Of a stretch of DNA of 64,000 nucleotides, positions 1-16,955 are shown one piece after another. The stretch spans positions 14,765,675 to 14,829,674 of the forward strand of contig OZ037768.1 in NCBI GenBank assembly GCA_964035545.1, read 5' to 3'. Each line of letters opens with the position of its first letter. Within the stretch, counting starts at the first letter, position 1. The translations under genes and the position numbers were made by a program. The stretch comes from Bugula neritina (Eukaryota; Animalia; Bryozoa). A model generated the notes under the pieces. That model was not told where the DNA came from. It ran no database searches and worked only from the letters and a program-made list of their open reading frames with translations.

Positions 1-3000
1 ATTGAAAAACACTGCAACACATTGAAATATACTGCAACATACTAAAACATACGGCAACATACTGAAATATACTGCGACACATTGAAATATAGTGCAACAT
101 ACTGAAATATGCTGTAGCATACTGAATTACACTGCAATACACTGAAGTATACTGTAATATACAGAAACGTACTGTAACATACTGAAACATACGGCAACAT
201 ACTAAAATATACTGCGACACATTGAAACATACTGCAACATACTGAAATACACCAAAACATACCAAACTCCCCTGCAACATTCTGAAATACACTGTAACAC
301 ATTGAAATACACTGCAACACAGTGAATTACACTGAAATACATTGTAAGATACGGAAACACACTGCAACATACTGCAACATAATGAAATATATGGTAACCT
401 ACTGAAATATGTTGAAAACTACTGAAATATACTGCAACATTATGCAACATAATGAAAGATACTGCAATATACTGAAATAAACTGCAAGATACTGCAACAT
501 ACTGAAATACACTGTAACATACTGAAATACACTGTAACATATTGAAATACACTGCGACATACTGCAACATACTGAAAAACGCTGTAACATATTGAAATAC
601 ACTGCAAGACACTGAAATATTCCGCAACATACCGAAATATATGGTAATCTAATGAGATATTCTGTAACACGTTGAAGTACACTGCAACATACTGAAATAC
701 ACTGCAACACACTAAATTATACTGTAATTTACAGAAATGTACTGCAACATACTGGAATATACTGCAAGATACTGCAACATACTGAAATACACTGTAACAT
801 AATGCAATACACTGCAACATACTGAAATATATTGCATGATACTGCAACATACTGATACACATTGTAAGATACTGAAATGCATTGCAACATACTGAAATAT
901 GCTGCATGATACTGCAACATACTCATACACATTGTAAGATACTGAAATACACTGCAACATACCGCAACATACTGCAACGTATTGAAATACACTGTAACAT
1001 ATTGAAAAACACTGCAACACATTGAAATATACTGCAACATACTGAAACATACGGCAACATACTGAAATGTACTGCGACACATTGAAATATAGTGCAACAT
1101 ACTGAAATATGCAGTAGCATACTGAAATACACTGCAATACACTGAAGTATACAGTAATATACAGAATTGTACTGTAACTTACTGAAACATACGGTAACAT
1201 ACTAAAATATACTGCGACACATTGAAATATACTGCAACATACTGAAATACACTGCAACATACTGAAATACACTGTAACATATTGAAATACACTGCAACAC
1301 ACTGAAATATACTGAAACATACCGCAATATATGGTAACCTACTGTAATATGTTGCAAACCACTGAAACATACTGCATCATCCTGCAACAAAATGAAATAT
1401 ACGGTAACACTGAAGCATACTGCAATATACTGAGATATACTGTAACAACTAAGACATACTGCAACATACCAAAAAAAATGGTTACCTACTGAAATATGTT
1501 ACAAACTACTGAAACATACTGCAACATACTGCAACATAATGAAATATACTGCAACATGCTGAAAGATACTGCAACATAATGCAACATACTGAAATACACT
1601 ATAGAATATTGAAATATACTGCAACATACTGAAATATACAGCAAGATACTGCGAAATACTGAAATACATAGTAAGATACCTAAATACACTGCAACATGCT
1701 GCAACATACTGCAACATATTGAAATACACTGTAACATATTGAAAAACACTGCAACACATTGAAATATACCGCAACATACCGAAGTATATGGTAGCCTACT
1801 GAAATATACTGCGACATACTGAAATACACTGTAACGTACTGAAATACACTGCAACATACTGAAATACACTGTAACATATTAAAATACACTGCAACACACT
1901 GAAATATACTGAAACATAACGAAATATATGGTAACCCACTAAAATATGTTGCAAACCACTGAAATATACTGGAACATACTGCAACATAATGAAGTATACT
2001 GCAACATAGTGAAATATACTGCAAGATACTGCAACATACTGAAATACACTGTAACGTATTGAAATACACTGTAACATATTGAAAAACACTGCAACACATT
2101 GAAATATACTGCAACATACTAAAACATACGGCAACATACTGAAATATACTGCGACACATTGAAATATAGTGCAACATACTGAAATATGCTGTAGCATACT
2201 GAATTACACTGCAATACACTGAAGTATACTGTAATATACAGAAACGTACTGTAACATACTGAAACATACGGCAACATACTAAAATATACTGCGACACATT
2301 GAAACATACTGCAACATACTGAAATACACCAAAACATACTAAACTCCCCTGCAACATTCTGAAATACACTGTAACACATTGAAATACACTGCAACACAGT
2401 GAATTACACTGAAATACATTGTAAGATACGGAAACACACTGCAACATACTGCAACATAATGAAATATATGGTAACCTACTGAAATATGTTGAAAACTACT
2501 GAAATATACTGCAACATTATGCAACATAATGAAAGATACTGCAATATACTGAAATATACTGCAACATACTGAAATACGCCGTAAACTACTGAAATACACT
2601 GCAACATACTGAAACACACTGTAACAAATTGAAATACACTGCAACACACTGAAACATACTGAAACATACCGAAATATAAGGTAACCTACTGAAATATGTT
2701 GCAAACCACTGAAACATACTGCATAATCATGCAACAAAATGAAATAAACGGTAACACTGAAGCATACTGCAATATACTGAAATATACTGTAACATACTAA
2801 GACATACTGCAACATACCGAAATATATGGTAACCTACTGAAATATGTTGCAAACGACTGAAATATACTGCAACATACTGCAACATATTGAAGTATACTGC
2901 AACATACTGAAATATACTGCAAGATACTCCAACATACTGAAATACACTGTAACATACTGAAATACACTGCAACATACTGAAATACACTGCAAGATACTGC

Positions 3001-5142
3001 AACATACTGAAACACATTGTAAGATACTGAAATGCACTGCAACATACCGCAACATACTGCAACGTATTGAAATACACTGTAACATATTGAAAAACACTGC
3101 AACACATTGAAATATACTGCAACATACTAAAACATACGGCAACATACTGAAATATACTGCGACACATTGAAATATAGTGCAACATACTGAAATATGCTGT
3201 AGCATACTGAATTACACTGCAATACACTGAAGTATACTGTAATATACAGAAACGTACTGTAACATACTGAAACATACGGCAACATACTAAAATATACTGC
3301 GACACATTGAAACATACTGCAACATACTGAAATACACCAAAACATACTAAACTCCCCTGCAACATTCTGAAATACACTGTAACACATTGAAATACACTGC
3401 AACACAGTGAATTACACTGAAATACATTGTAAGATACGGAAACACACTGCAACATACTGCAACATAATGAAATATATGGTAACCTACTGAAATATGTTGA
3501 AAACTACTGAAATATACTGCAACATTATGCAACATAATGAAAGATACTGCAATATACTGAAATAAACTGCAAGATACTGCAACATACTGAAATACACTGT
3601 AACATACTGAAATACACTGTAACATATTGAAATACACTGCGACATACTGCAACATACTGAAAAACGCTGTAACATATTGAAATACACTGCAAGACACTGA
3701 AATATTCCGCAACATACCGAAATATATGGTAATCTAATGAGATATTCTGTAACACGTTGAAGTACACTGCAACATACTGAAATACACTGCAACACACTAA
3801 ATTATACTGTAATTTACAGAAATGTACTGCAACATACTGGAATATACTGCAAGATACTGCAACATACTGAAATACACCGTAACATAATGCAATACACTGC
3901 AACATACTGAAATATATTGCATGATACTGCAACATACTGATACACATTGTAAGATACTGAAATGCACTGCAACATACTGAAATATGCTGCATGATACTGC
4001 AACATACTCATACACATTGTAAGATACTGAAATACACTGCAACATACCGCAACATACTGCAACGTATTGAAATACACTGTAACATATTGAAAAACACTGC
4101 AACACATTGAAATATACTGCAACATACTGAAACATACGGCAACATACTGAAATGTACTGCGACACATTGAAATACAGTGCAACATACTGAAATATGCAGT
4201 AGCATACTGAAATACACTGCAATACACTGAAGTATACAGTAATATACAGAATTGTACTGTAACTTACTGAAACATACGGTAACATACTAAAATATACTGC
4301 GACACATTGAAATATACTGCAACATACTGAAATACACTGCAACATACTGAAATACACTGTAACATATTGAAATACACTGCAACACACTGAAATATACTGA
4401 AACATACCGCAATATATGGTAACCTACTGTAATATGTTGCAAACCACTGAAACATACTGCATCATCCTGCAACAAAATGAAATATACGGTAACACTGAAG
4501 CATACTGCAATATACTGAGATATACTGTAACAACTAAGACATACTGCAACATACCAAAAAAAATGGTTACCTACTGAAATATGTTACAAACTACTGAAAC
4601 ATACTGCAACATACTGCAACATAATGAAATATACTGCAACATGCTGAAAGATACTGCAACATAATGCAACATACTGAAATACACTATAGAATATTGAAAT
4701 ATACTGCAACATACTGAAATATACAGCAAGATACTGCGAAATACTGAAATACATAGTAAGATACCTAAATACACTGCAACATACTGCAACATACTGCAAC
4801 ATATTGAAATACACTGTAACATATTGAAAAACACTGCAACACATTGAAATATACCGCAACATACCGAAGTATATGGTAGCCTACTGAAATATACTGCGAC
4901 ATACTGAAATACACTGTAACGTACTGAAAAACACTGCAACATACTGAAATACACTGTAACATATTAAAATACACTGCAACACACTGAAATATACTGAAAC
5001 ATAACGAAATATATGGTAACCCACTAAAATATGTTGCAAACCACTGAAATATACTGGAACATACTGCAACATAATGAAGTATACTGCAACATAGTGAAAT
5101 ATACTGCAAGGTACTGCAACATACTGAAATACACTGTAACGT
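1..5142. repeat. 3085-bp period duplication nested in the 7228-bp unit (1-~2057 matches 3086-~5142; repeated at 7229-12370)
   Basis: ORF pairs 712/3797, 1486/4571 and 7940/11025 are offset by 3085. The CCAAAAAAAATGGTTACC marker is shared at ~1469, 4554, 8697 and 11782. Confidence 0.9.
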
Positions 5143-5682
5143 ACTGAAATACACTGCAACATACTGAAATATACTGCATGATACTGCAACATACTGATAC
5201 ACATTGTAAGATACTGAAATACACTGCAACATACCGCAACATACTGCAACGTATTGAAATACACTGTAACATATTGAAAAACACTGCAACACAATGAATT
5301 ATACTGAAATACATTGTAAGATACTGAAATACACTGCAAGATACTGCAACATAATGGAATATATGTTAACCTACTGAAATATGTTGAAAACTACTGAAAT
5401 ATACTGCAACATAATGCAACATAATGAAAGATACTGCAACATACTGAAATAAACTGCAAGATACTGCAACATACTGAAATACACTGCAACACACTGAAGT
5501 ATACTGTAATATACAGAAATGTACTGTAAAATACTGAAATATACTTCAACATACTGAAAAACACCTAAAAATATTGAAACATACTGATATACACTGAAAC
5601 ATACTGAAATACACTGCAACACATTGGAATATACTGCAACATACCGAAATATATGGTAACCTACTGAAGTATGTTGCAAACT

Positions 5683-7707
5683 ACTGAAATATACTGCAAC
5701 ATACTGAAATACGCCGTAACATACTGAAATACACTGCAACATACTGAAACACACTGTAACAAATTGAAATACACTGCAACACACTGAAACATACTGAAAC
5801 ATACCGAAATATAAGGTAACCTACTGAAATATGTTGCAAACCACTGAAACATACTGCATAATCATGCAACAAAATGAAATAAACGGTAACACTGAAGCAT
5901 ACTGCAATATACTGAAATATACTGTAACATACTAAGACATACTGCAACATACCGAAATATATGGTAACCTACTGAAATATGTTGCAAACGACTGAAATAT
6001 ACTGCAACATACTGCAACATATTGAAGTATACTGCAACATACTGAAATATACTGCAAGATACTCCAACATACTGAAATACACTGTAACATACTGAAATAC
6101 ACTGCAACATACTGAAATACACTGCAAGATACTGCAACATACTGAAACACATTGTAAGATACTGAAATGCACTGCAACATACCGCAACATACTGCAACGT
6201 ATTGAAATACACTGTAACATATTGAAAAACACTGCAACACATTGAAATATACTGCAACATACTAAAACCTACGGCAACATACTGAAATATACTGCGACAC
6301 ATTGAAATATAGTGCAACATACTGAAATATGCTGTAGCATACTGAATTACACTGCAATACACTGAAGTATACTGTAATATACAGAAACGTACTGTAACAT
6401 ACTGAAACATACGGCAACATACTAAAATATACTGCGACACATTGAAACATACTGCAACATACTGAAATACACCAAAACATACTAAACTCCCCTGCAACAT
6501 TCTGAAATACACTGTAACACATTGAAATACACTGCAACACAGTGAATTACACTGAAATACATTGTAAGATACGGAAACACACTGCAACATACTGCAACAT
6601 AATGAAATATATGGTAACCTACTGAAATATGTTGAAAACTACTGAAATATACTGCAACATTATGCAACATAATGAAAGATACTGCAATATACTGAAATAT
6701 ACTGCAACATACTGAAATACGCCGTAACATACTGAAATACACTGCAACATACTGAAACACACTGTAACAAATTGAAATACACTGCAACACACTGAAACAT
6801 ACTGAAACATACCGAAATATAAGGTAACCTACTGAAATATGTTGCAAACCACTGAAACATACTGCATAATCATGCAACAAAATGAAATAAACGGTAACAC
6901 TGAAGCATACTGCAATATACTGAAATATACTGTAACATACTAAGACATACTGCAACATACCGAAATATATGGTAACCTACTGAAATATGTTGCAAACGAC
7001 TGAAATATACTGCAACATACTGCAACATATTGAAGTATACTGCAACATACTGAAATATACTGCAAGATACTCCAACATACTGAAATACACTGTAACATAC
7101 TGAAATACACTGCAACATACTGAAATACACTGCAAGATACTGCAACATACTGAAACACATTGTAAGATACTGAAATGCACTGCAACATACCGCAACATAC
7201 TGCAACGTATTGAAATACACTGTAACATATTGAAAAACACTGCAACACATTGAAATATACTGCAACATACTAAAACATACGGCAACATACTGAAATATAC
7301 TGCGACACATTGAAATATAGTGCAACATACTGAAATATGCTGTAGCATACTGAATTACACTGCAATACACTGAAGTATACTGTAATATACAGAAACGTAC
7401 TGTAACATACTGAAACATACGGCAACATACTAAAATATACTGCGACACATTGAAACATACTGCAACATACTGAAATACACCAAAACATACCAAACTCCCC
7501 TGCAACATTCTGAAATACACTGTAACACATTGAAATACACTGCAACACAGTGAATTACACTGAAATACATTGTAAGATACGGAAACACACTGCAACATAC
7601 TGCAACATAATGAAATATATGGTAACCTACTGAAATATGTTGAAAACTACTGAAATATACTGCAACATTATGCAACATAATGAAAGATACTGCAATATAC
7701 TGAAATA
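5683..7707. repeat. Two tandem copies of a 1008-bp HOR unit (other copies near 2.5-3.5, 9.8-10.8 and 13.2-14.2 kb)
   Basis: GCCGTAACAT occurs at 5713 and 6721, AAACTCCCC at 6484 and 7492. ORFs 5862/6870 and 6262/7270 are offset by 1008. Confidence 0.92.
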
Positions 7708-10700
7708 AACTGCAAGATACTGCAACATACTGAAATACACTGTAACATACTGAAATACACTGTAACATATTGAAATACACTGCGACATACTGCAACATAC
7801 TGAAAAACGCTGTAACATATTGAAATACACTGCAAGACACTGAAATATTCCGCAACATACCGAAATATATGGTAATCTAATGAGATATTCTGTAACACGT
7901 TGAAGTACACTGCAACATACTGAAATACACTGCAACACACTAAATTATACTGTAATTTACAGAAATGTACTGCAACATACTGGAATATACTGCAAGATAC
8001 TGCAACATACTGAAATACACTGTAACATAATGCAATACACTGCAACATACTGAAATATATTGCATGATACTGCAACATACTGATACACATTGTAAGATAC
8101 TGAAATGCATTGCAACATACTGAAATATGCTGCATGATACTGCAACATACTCATACACATTGTAAGATACTGAAATACACTGCAACATACCGCAACATAC
8201 TGCAACGTATTGAAATACACTGTAACATATTGAAAAACACTGCAACACATTGAAATATACTGCAACATACTGAAACATACGGCAACATACTGAAATGTAC
8301 TGTGACACATTGAAATATAGTGCAACATACTGAAATATGCAGTAGCATACTGAAATACACTGCAATACACTGAAGTATACAGTAATATACAGAATTGTAC
8401 TGTAACTTACTGAAACATACGGTAACATACTAAAATATACTGCGACACATTGAAATATACTGCAACATACTGAAATACACTGCAACATACTGAAATACAC
8501 TGTAACATATTGAAATACACTGCAACACACTGAAATATACTGAAACATACCGCAATATATGGTAACCTACTGTAATATGTTGCAAACCACTGAAACATAC
8601 TGCATCATCCTGCAACAAAATGAAATATACGGTAACACTGAAGCATACTGCAATATACTGAGATATACTGTAACAACTAAGACATACTGCAACATACCAA
8701 AAAAAATGGTTACCTACTGAAATATGTTACAAACTACTGAAACATACTGCAACATACTGCAACATAATGAAATATACTGCAACATGCTGAAAGATACTGC
8801 AACATAATGCAACATACTGAAATACACTATAGAATATTGAAATATACTGCAACATACTGAAATATACAGCAAGATACTGCGAAATACTGAAATACATAGT
8901 AAGATACCTAAATACACTGCAACATGCTGCAACATACTGCAACATATTGAAATACACTGTAACATATTGAAAAACACTGCAACACATTGAAATATACCGC
9001 AACATACCGAAGTATATGGTAGCCTACTGAAATATACTGCGACATACTGAAATACACTGTAACGTACTGAAATACACTGCAACATACTGAAATACACTGT
9101 AACATATTAAAATACACTGCAACACACTGAAATATACTGAAACATAACGAAATATATGGTAACCCACTAAAATATGTTGCAAACCACTGAAATATACTGG
9201 AACATACTGCAACATAATGAAGTATACTGCAACATAGTGAAATATACTGCAAGATACTGCAACATACTGAAATACACTGTAACGTATTGAAATACACTGT
9301 AACATATTGAAAAACACTGCAACACATTGAAATATACTGCAACATACTAAAACATACGGCAACATACTGAAATATACTGCGACACATTGAAATATAGTGC
9401 AACATACTGAAATATGCTGTAGCATACTGAATTACACTGCAATACACTGAAGTATACTGTAATATACAGAAACGTACTGTAACATACTGAAACATACGGC
9501 AACATACTAAAATATACTGCGACACATTGAAACATACTGCAACATACTGAAATACACCAAAACATACTAAACTCCCCTGCAACATTCTGAAATACACTGT
9601 AACACATTGAAATACACTGCAACACAGTGAATTACACTGAAATACATTGTAAGATACGGAAACACACTGCAACATACTGCAACATAATGAAATATATGGT
9701 AACCTACTGAAATATGTTGAAAACTACTGAAATATACTGCAACATTATGCAACATAATGAAAGATACTGCAATATACTGAAATATACTGCAACATACTGA
9801 AATACGCCGTAACATACTGAAATACACTGCAACATACTGAAACACACTGTAACAAATTGAAATACACTGCAACACACTGAAACATACTGAAACATACCGA
9901 AATATAAGGTAACCTACTGAAATATGTTGCAAACCACTGAAACATACTGCATAATCATGCAACAAAATGAAATAAACGGTAACACTGAAGCATACTGCAA
10001 TATACTGAAATATACTGTAACATACTAAGACATACTGCAACATACCGAAATATATGGTAACCTACTGAAATATGTTGCAAACGACTGAAATATACTGCAA
10101 CATACTGCAACATATTGAAGTATACTGCAACATACTGAAATATACTGCAAGATACTCCAACATACTGAAATACACTGTAACATACTGAAATACACTGCAA
10201 CATACTGAAATACACTGCAAGATACTGCAACATACTGAAACACATTGTAAGATACTGAAATGCACTGCAACATACCGCAACATACTGCAACGTATTGAAA
10301 TACACTGTAACATATTGAAAAACACTGCAACACATTGAAATATACTGCAACATACTAAAACATACGGCAACATACTGAAATATACTGCGACACATTGAAA
10401 TATAGTGCAACATACTGAAATATGCTGTAGCATACTGAATTACACTGCAATACACTGAAGTATACTGTAATATACAGAAACGTACTGTAACATACTGAAA
10501 CATACGGCAACATACTAAAATATACTGCGACACATTGAAACATACTGCAACATACTGAAATACACCAAAACATACTAAACTCCCCTGCAACATTCTGAAA
10601 TACACTGTAACACATTGAAATACACTGCAACACAGTGAATTACACTGAAATACATTGTAAGATACGGAAACACACTGCAACATACTGCAACATAATGAAA

Positions 10701-13700
10701 TATATGGTAACCTACTGAAATATGTTGAAAACTACTGAAATATACTGCAACATTATGCAACATAATGAAAGATACTGCAATATACTGAAATAAACTGCAA
10801 GATACTGCAACATACTGAAATACACTGTAACATACTGAAATACACTGTAACATATTGAAATACACTGCGACATACTGCAACATACTGAAAAACGCTGTAA
10901 CATATTGAAATACACTGCAAGACACTGAAATATTCCGCAACATACCGAAATATATGGTAATCTAATGAGATATTCTGTAACACGTTGAAGTACACTGCAA
11001 CATACTGAAATACACTGCAACACACTAAATTATACTGTAATTTACAGAAATGTACTGCAACATACTGGAATATACTGCAAGATACTGCAACATACTGAAA
11101 TACACTGTAACATAATGCAATACACTGCAACATACTGAAATATATTGCATGATACTGCAACATACTGATACACATTGTAAGATACTGAAATGCACTGCAA
11201 CATACTGAAATATGCTGCATGATACTGCAACATACTCATACACATTGTAAGATACTGAAATACACTGCAACATACCGCAACATACTGCAACGTATTGAAA
11301 TACACTGTAACATATTGAAAAACACTGCAACACATTGAAATATACTGCAACATACTGAAACATACGGCAACATACTGAAATGTACTGCGACACATTGAAA
11401 TATAGTGCAACATACTGAAATATGCAGTAGCATACTGAAATACACTGCAATACACTGAAGTATACAGTAATATACAGAATTGTACTGTAACTTACTGAAA
11501 CATACGGTAACATACTAAAATATACTGCGACACATTGAAATATACTGCAACATACTGAAATACACTGCAACATACTGAAATACACTGTAACATATTGAAA
11601 TACACTGCAACACACTGAAATATACTGAAACATACCGCAATATATGGTAACCTACTGTAATATGTTGCAAACCACTGAAACATACTGCATCATCCTGCAA
11701 CAAAATGAAATATACGGTAACACTGAAGCATACTGCAATATACTGAGATATACTGTAACAACTAAGACATACTGCAACATACCAAAAAAAATGGTTACCT
11801 ACTGAAATATGTTACAAACTACTGAAACATACTGCAACATACTGCAACATAATGAAATATACTGCAACATGCTGAAAGATACTGCAACATAATGCAACAT
11901 ACTGAAATACACTATAGAATATTGAAATATACTGCAACATACTGAAATATACAGCAAGATACTGCGAAATACTGAAATACATAGTAAGATACCTAAATAC
12001 ACTGCAACATACTGCAACATACTGCAACATATTGAAATACACTGTAACATATTGAAAAACACTGCAACACATTGAAATATACCGCAACATACCGAAGTAT
12101 ATGGTAGCCTACTGAAATATACTGCGACATACTGAAATACACTGTAACGTACTGAAATACACTGCAACATACTGAAATACACTGTAACATATTAAAATAC
12201 ACTGCAACACACTGAAATATACTGAAACATAACGAAATATATGGTAACCCACTAAAATATGTTGCAAACCACTGAAATATACTGGAACATACTGCAACAT
12301 AATGAAGTATACTGCAACATAGTGAAATATACTGCAAGATACTGCAACATACTGAAATACACTGTAACGTACTGAAATACACTGCAACATACTGAAATAT
12401 ACTGCATGATACTGCAACATACTGATACACATTGTAAGATACTGAAATACACTGCAACATACCGCAACATACTGCAACGTATTGAAATACACTGTAACAT
12501 ATTGAAAAACACTGCAACACATCGAAATATACTGCAACATACTGAAACATACGGCAACATACTGAAATATACTGCGACACATTGAAATATAGTGCAACAT
12601 ACTGAAATATGCTGTAGCATACTGAAATACACTGCAATACACTGAAGTATACTGTAATATACAGAAACGTACTGTAACATACTGAAACATACGGCAACAT
12701 ACTAAAATATACTGCAACACATTGAAATATACTGCAACATACTGAAATACACCGTAACATACTAAACTCCACTGCAACATTCTGAATTACACTGTAACAC
12801 ATTGAAATACACTGCAACACAATGAATTATACTGAAATACATTGTAAGATACTGAAATACACTGCAAGATACTGCAACATAATGGAATATATGTTAACCT
12901 ACTGAAATATGTTGAAAACTACTGAAATATACTGCAACATAATGCACCATAATGAAAGATACTGCAACATACTGATATAAACTGCAAGATACTGCAACAT
13001 ACTGAAATACACTGCAACACACTGAAGTATACTGTAATATACAGAAATGTACCGTAAAATACTGAAATATACTTCAACATACTGAAAAACACCTAAAAAT
13101 ATTGAAACATACTGATATACACTGAAACATACTGAAATACACTGCAACACATTGGAATATACTGCAACATACCGAAATATATGGTAACCTACTGAAGTAT
13201 GTTGCAAACTACTGAAATATACTGCAACATACTGAAATACGCCGTAACATACTGAAATACACTGCAACATACTGAAATACACTGCAAGATACTGCAACAT
13301 ACTGAAACATACCGAAATATAAGGTAACCTACTGAAATATGTTGCAAACCACTGAAACATACTGCATAATCATGCAACAAAATGAAATAAACGGTAACAC
13401 TGAAGCATACTGCAATATACTGAAATATAGTGTAACATACTAAGACATACTGCAACATACCGAAATATATGGTAACCTACTGAAATATGTTGCAAACGAC
13501 TGAAATATACTGCAACATACTGCAACATATTGAAGTATACTGCAACATACTGAAATATACTGCAAGATACTCCAACATACTGAAATACACTGTAACATAC
13601 TGAAATACACTGCAACATACTGAAATACACTGCAAGATACTGCAACATACTGAAACACATTGTAAGATACTGAAATGCACTGCAACATACCGCAACATAC

Positions 13701-13849
13701 TGCAACGTATTGAAATACACTGTAACATATTGAAAAACACTGCAACACATTGAAATATACTGCAACATACTAAAACATACGGCAACATACTGAAATATAC
13801 TACGACACATTGAAATATAGTGCAACATACTGAAATATGCTGTAGCATA

Positions 13850-16800
13850 CTGAAATACACTGCAATACACTGAAGTATACTGTAATATACAGAAACGTAC
13901 TGTAACATACTGAAACATACGGCAACATACTAAAATATACTGCGACACATTGAAACATACTGCAACATACTGAAATACACCAAAACATACTAAACTCCCC
14001 TGCAACATTCTGAAATACACTGTAACACATTGAAATACACTGCAACACAGTGAATTACACTGAAATACATAGTAAGATACGGAAACACACTGCAACATAC
14101 TGCAACATAATGAAATATATGGTAACCTACTGAAATATGTTGAAAACTACTGAAATATACTGCAACATTATGCAACATAATGAAAGATACTGCAATATAC
14201 TGAAATAAACTGCAAGATACTGCAACATACTGAAATACACTGTAACATACTGAAATACACTGTTACATATTGAAATACACTGCGACATACTGCAACATAC
14301 TGAAAAACGCTGTAGCATATTGAAATACACTGCAAGACACTGAAATATTCCGCAACATACCGAAATATATGGTAATCTAATGAGATATACTGTAACACGT
14401 TGAAGTACACTGCAACATACTGAAATACACTGCAACACACTAAATTATACTGTAATTTACAGAAATGTACTGCAACATACTGGAATATACTGCAAGATAC
14501 TGCAACATACTGAAATACACTGTAACATAATGCAATACATTGCAACATACTGAAATATACTGCATGATACTGCAACATACTGATACACATTGTAAGATAC
14601 TGAAATGCACTGCAACATACTGAAATATGCTGCATGATACTGCAACATACTCATACACATTGTAAGATACTGAAATACACTGCAACATACCGCAACATAC
14701 TGCAACGTATTGAAATACACTGTAACATATTGAAAAACACTGCAACACATTGAAATATACTGCAACATACTGAAACATACGGCAACATACTGAAATGTAC
14801 TGCGACACATTGAAATATAGTGCAACATACTGAAATATGCTGTAGCATACTGAAATACACTGCAATACACTGAAGTATACTGTAATATATAGAATTGTAC
14901 TGTAACATACTGAAACATACGGTAACATACTAAAATATACTGCGACACATTGAAATATACTGCAACATACTGAAATACACCGTAACATACTGAAATACAC
15001 TGCAACATACTGAAATGCACTGTAACATATTGAAATACACTGCAACACACTGAAATATACTGAAACATACCGAAATATATGGTAACCTACTGAAATATGT
15101 TGCAAACCACTGAAACATACTGCATCATCCTGCAACAAAATTAAATATACGGTAACACTGAAGCATACTGCAATATACTGAAATATACTGTAACATACTA
15201 AGACACACTGCAACATACCGAAAAATATGGTAACCTACTGAAATATGTTACAAACTACTGAAACATACTGCAACATACTGCAACATAATGAAATATACTG
15301 CAACATAATGAAATATACTGCAACATACTGAAAGATACTGCAAGTTACTGCAAAATACTGAAATACATTGTAAGATACCTAAATACACTGCAACATACTG
15401 CAACATACTGCAACATATTGAAATACACTGTAACATATTGAAAAACACTGCAACACATTGAAATATACCGCAACATACCGAAGTATATGGTAGCCTACTG
15501 AAATATACTGCGACATACTGAAATACACTGTAACGTACTGAAATACACTGCAACATACTGAAATACACTGTAACATATTAAAATACACTGCAACACACTG
15601 AAATATACTGAAACATACCGAAATATATGGTAACCCACTGAAATATGTTGCAAACCACTGAAATATACTGCAACATACTGCAACATAATGAAGTATACTG
15701 CAACAGACTGAAATATACTGCAACATACTGAAATACACTGTAACATATTGAAATACACTGCAACACACTCAAATATACTGAAACATACCGAAATATATGG
15801 TAACCTACTGAAATATGTTGCAAACCACTGAAACATACTGCATCATCCTGCAACAAAATGAAGTATACGGTAACACTGAAGCATACTGCAACATACTGGA
15901 ACATACTAAGACATACTCCAACATACCGAAAAATATGGTAACCTACTGAAATATGTTACAAACTATTGAAATATACTGCAGCATACTGCAACATAATGGA
16001 ATATACTGCAACATACTGAAAGATACTGCAACATACTGAAATACACTATAGAATACCGAAATATACTGCAACATACTGAAATATACTGCAAGATACTGCA
16101 AAATACTGAAATACATTGTGAGATACCTAAATACACTGCAACATACTGCAACATACTGCAACATATTGAAATACACTGTAACATATTGAAAAACACTGCA
16201 TCACATTGAAATATACCGCAACATACCGAAGTATATGGTAGCCTACTGAAATAAACTGCGACATACTGAAATACACTGTAACGTACTAAAATACACTGCA
16301 ACATACTGAAATACACTGTAACATATTAAAATACACTGCAACACACTGAAATATACTGAAACATACCGAAATATATGGTAACCCACTGAAATATGTGGCA
16401 AACCACTGAAATAGACTGCAACATACTGCAACATAATGAAGTATACTGCAACAGACTGAAATATACGGCAAGAAACTGCAACACACCGAAATACACTGTA
16501 ACATACTGAAGTACAATGCAATATACTGATATATACTGCATGATACTGCAACATACTGATACACATTGTAAGATACTGAAATACACTGCAACATACCGCA
16601 ACATACTGCAACGTATTGAAATACACTGTAACATATTGAAAAACACTGCAACACATTGAAATATACTGCAACATACTGAAACATACGGCAACATACTAAA
16701 ATATACTGCGACACATTGAAATATAGTGCAACATACTGAAATATGCTGTAGCATACTGAAATACACTGCAATACACTGAAGTATACTGTAATATACAGGA

Positions 16801-16955
16801 ACGTACTGTAACATACTGAAACATACGGCAACATACTAAAATATACTGCGACACATTGAAAGATCCTGCAACATACTGAAATATACCGTAACATACTAAA
16901 CTCCACTGCGACATTCTGAAACACACTGTAACACATTAAAATACACTGCAACACA
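13850..16955. repeat. About 3.1-kb segment duplicated at 31066-34171 (offset 17,216)
   Basis: ORF pairs 14127/31343, 14440/31656, 15248/32464 and 15943/33159. Shared rare variants include CAAAATTAAATAT (~15136/32352) and ACTCCAACAT (15915/33131). Confidence 0.88.

Larger units (their letters stand above)
1..12520. repeat. 7228-bp period duplication (1-5292 matches 7229-12520); period = 2077+1008+3135+1008
   Basis: Identical ORFs are offset by 7228 (42/7270, 712/7940, 3797/11025). The private variant ACCAAACTCCCC occurs at 261 and 7489. The landmark AAACTCCCCTGC lies at 264, 2341, 3349, 6484, 7492, 9569, 10577 and 13992. Confidence 0.92.

Noticed and set aside
1768-1784. ACCGCAACATACCGAAG resembling a reverse-complement CENP-B box (CCCGNNTNNNNCGAA)
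   Set aside because: The CCG-to-CGAA spacing is 8 nt rather than 7, and the first C and the internal T are not matched. It is simply two adjacent ACCG variant monomers.
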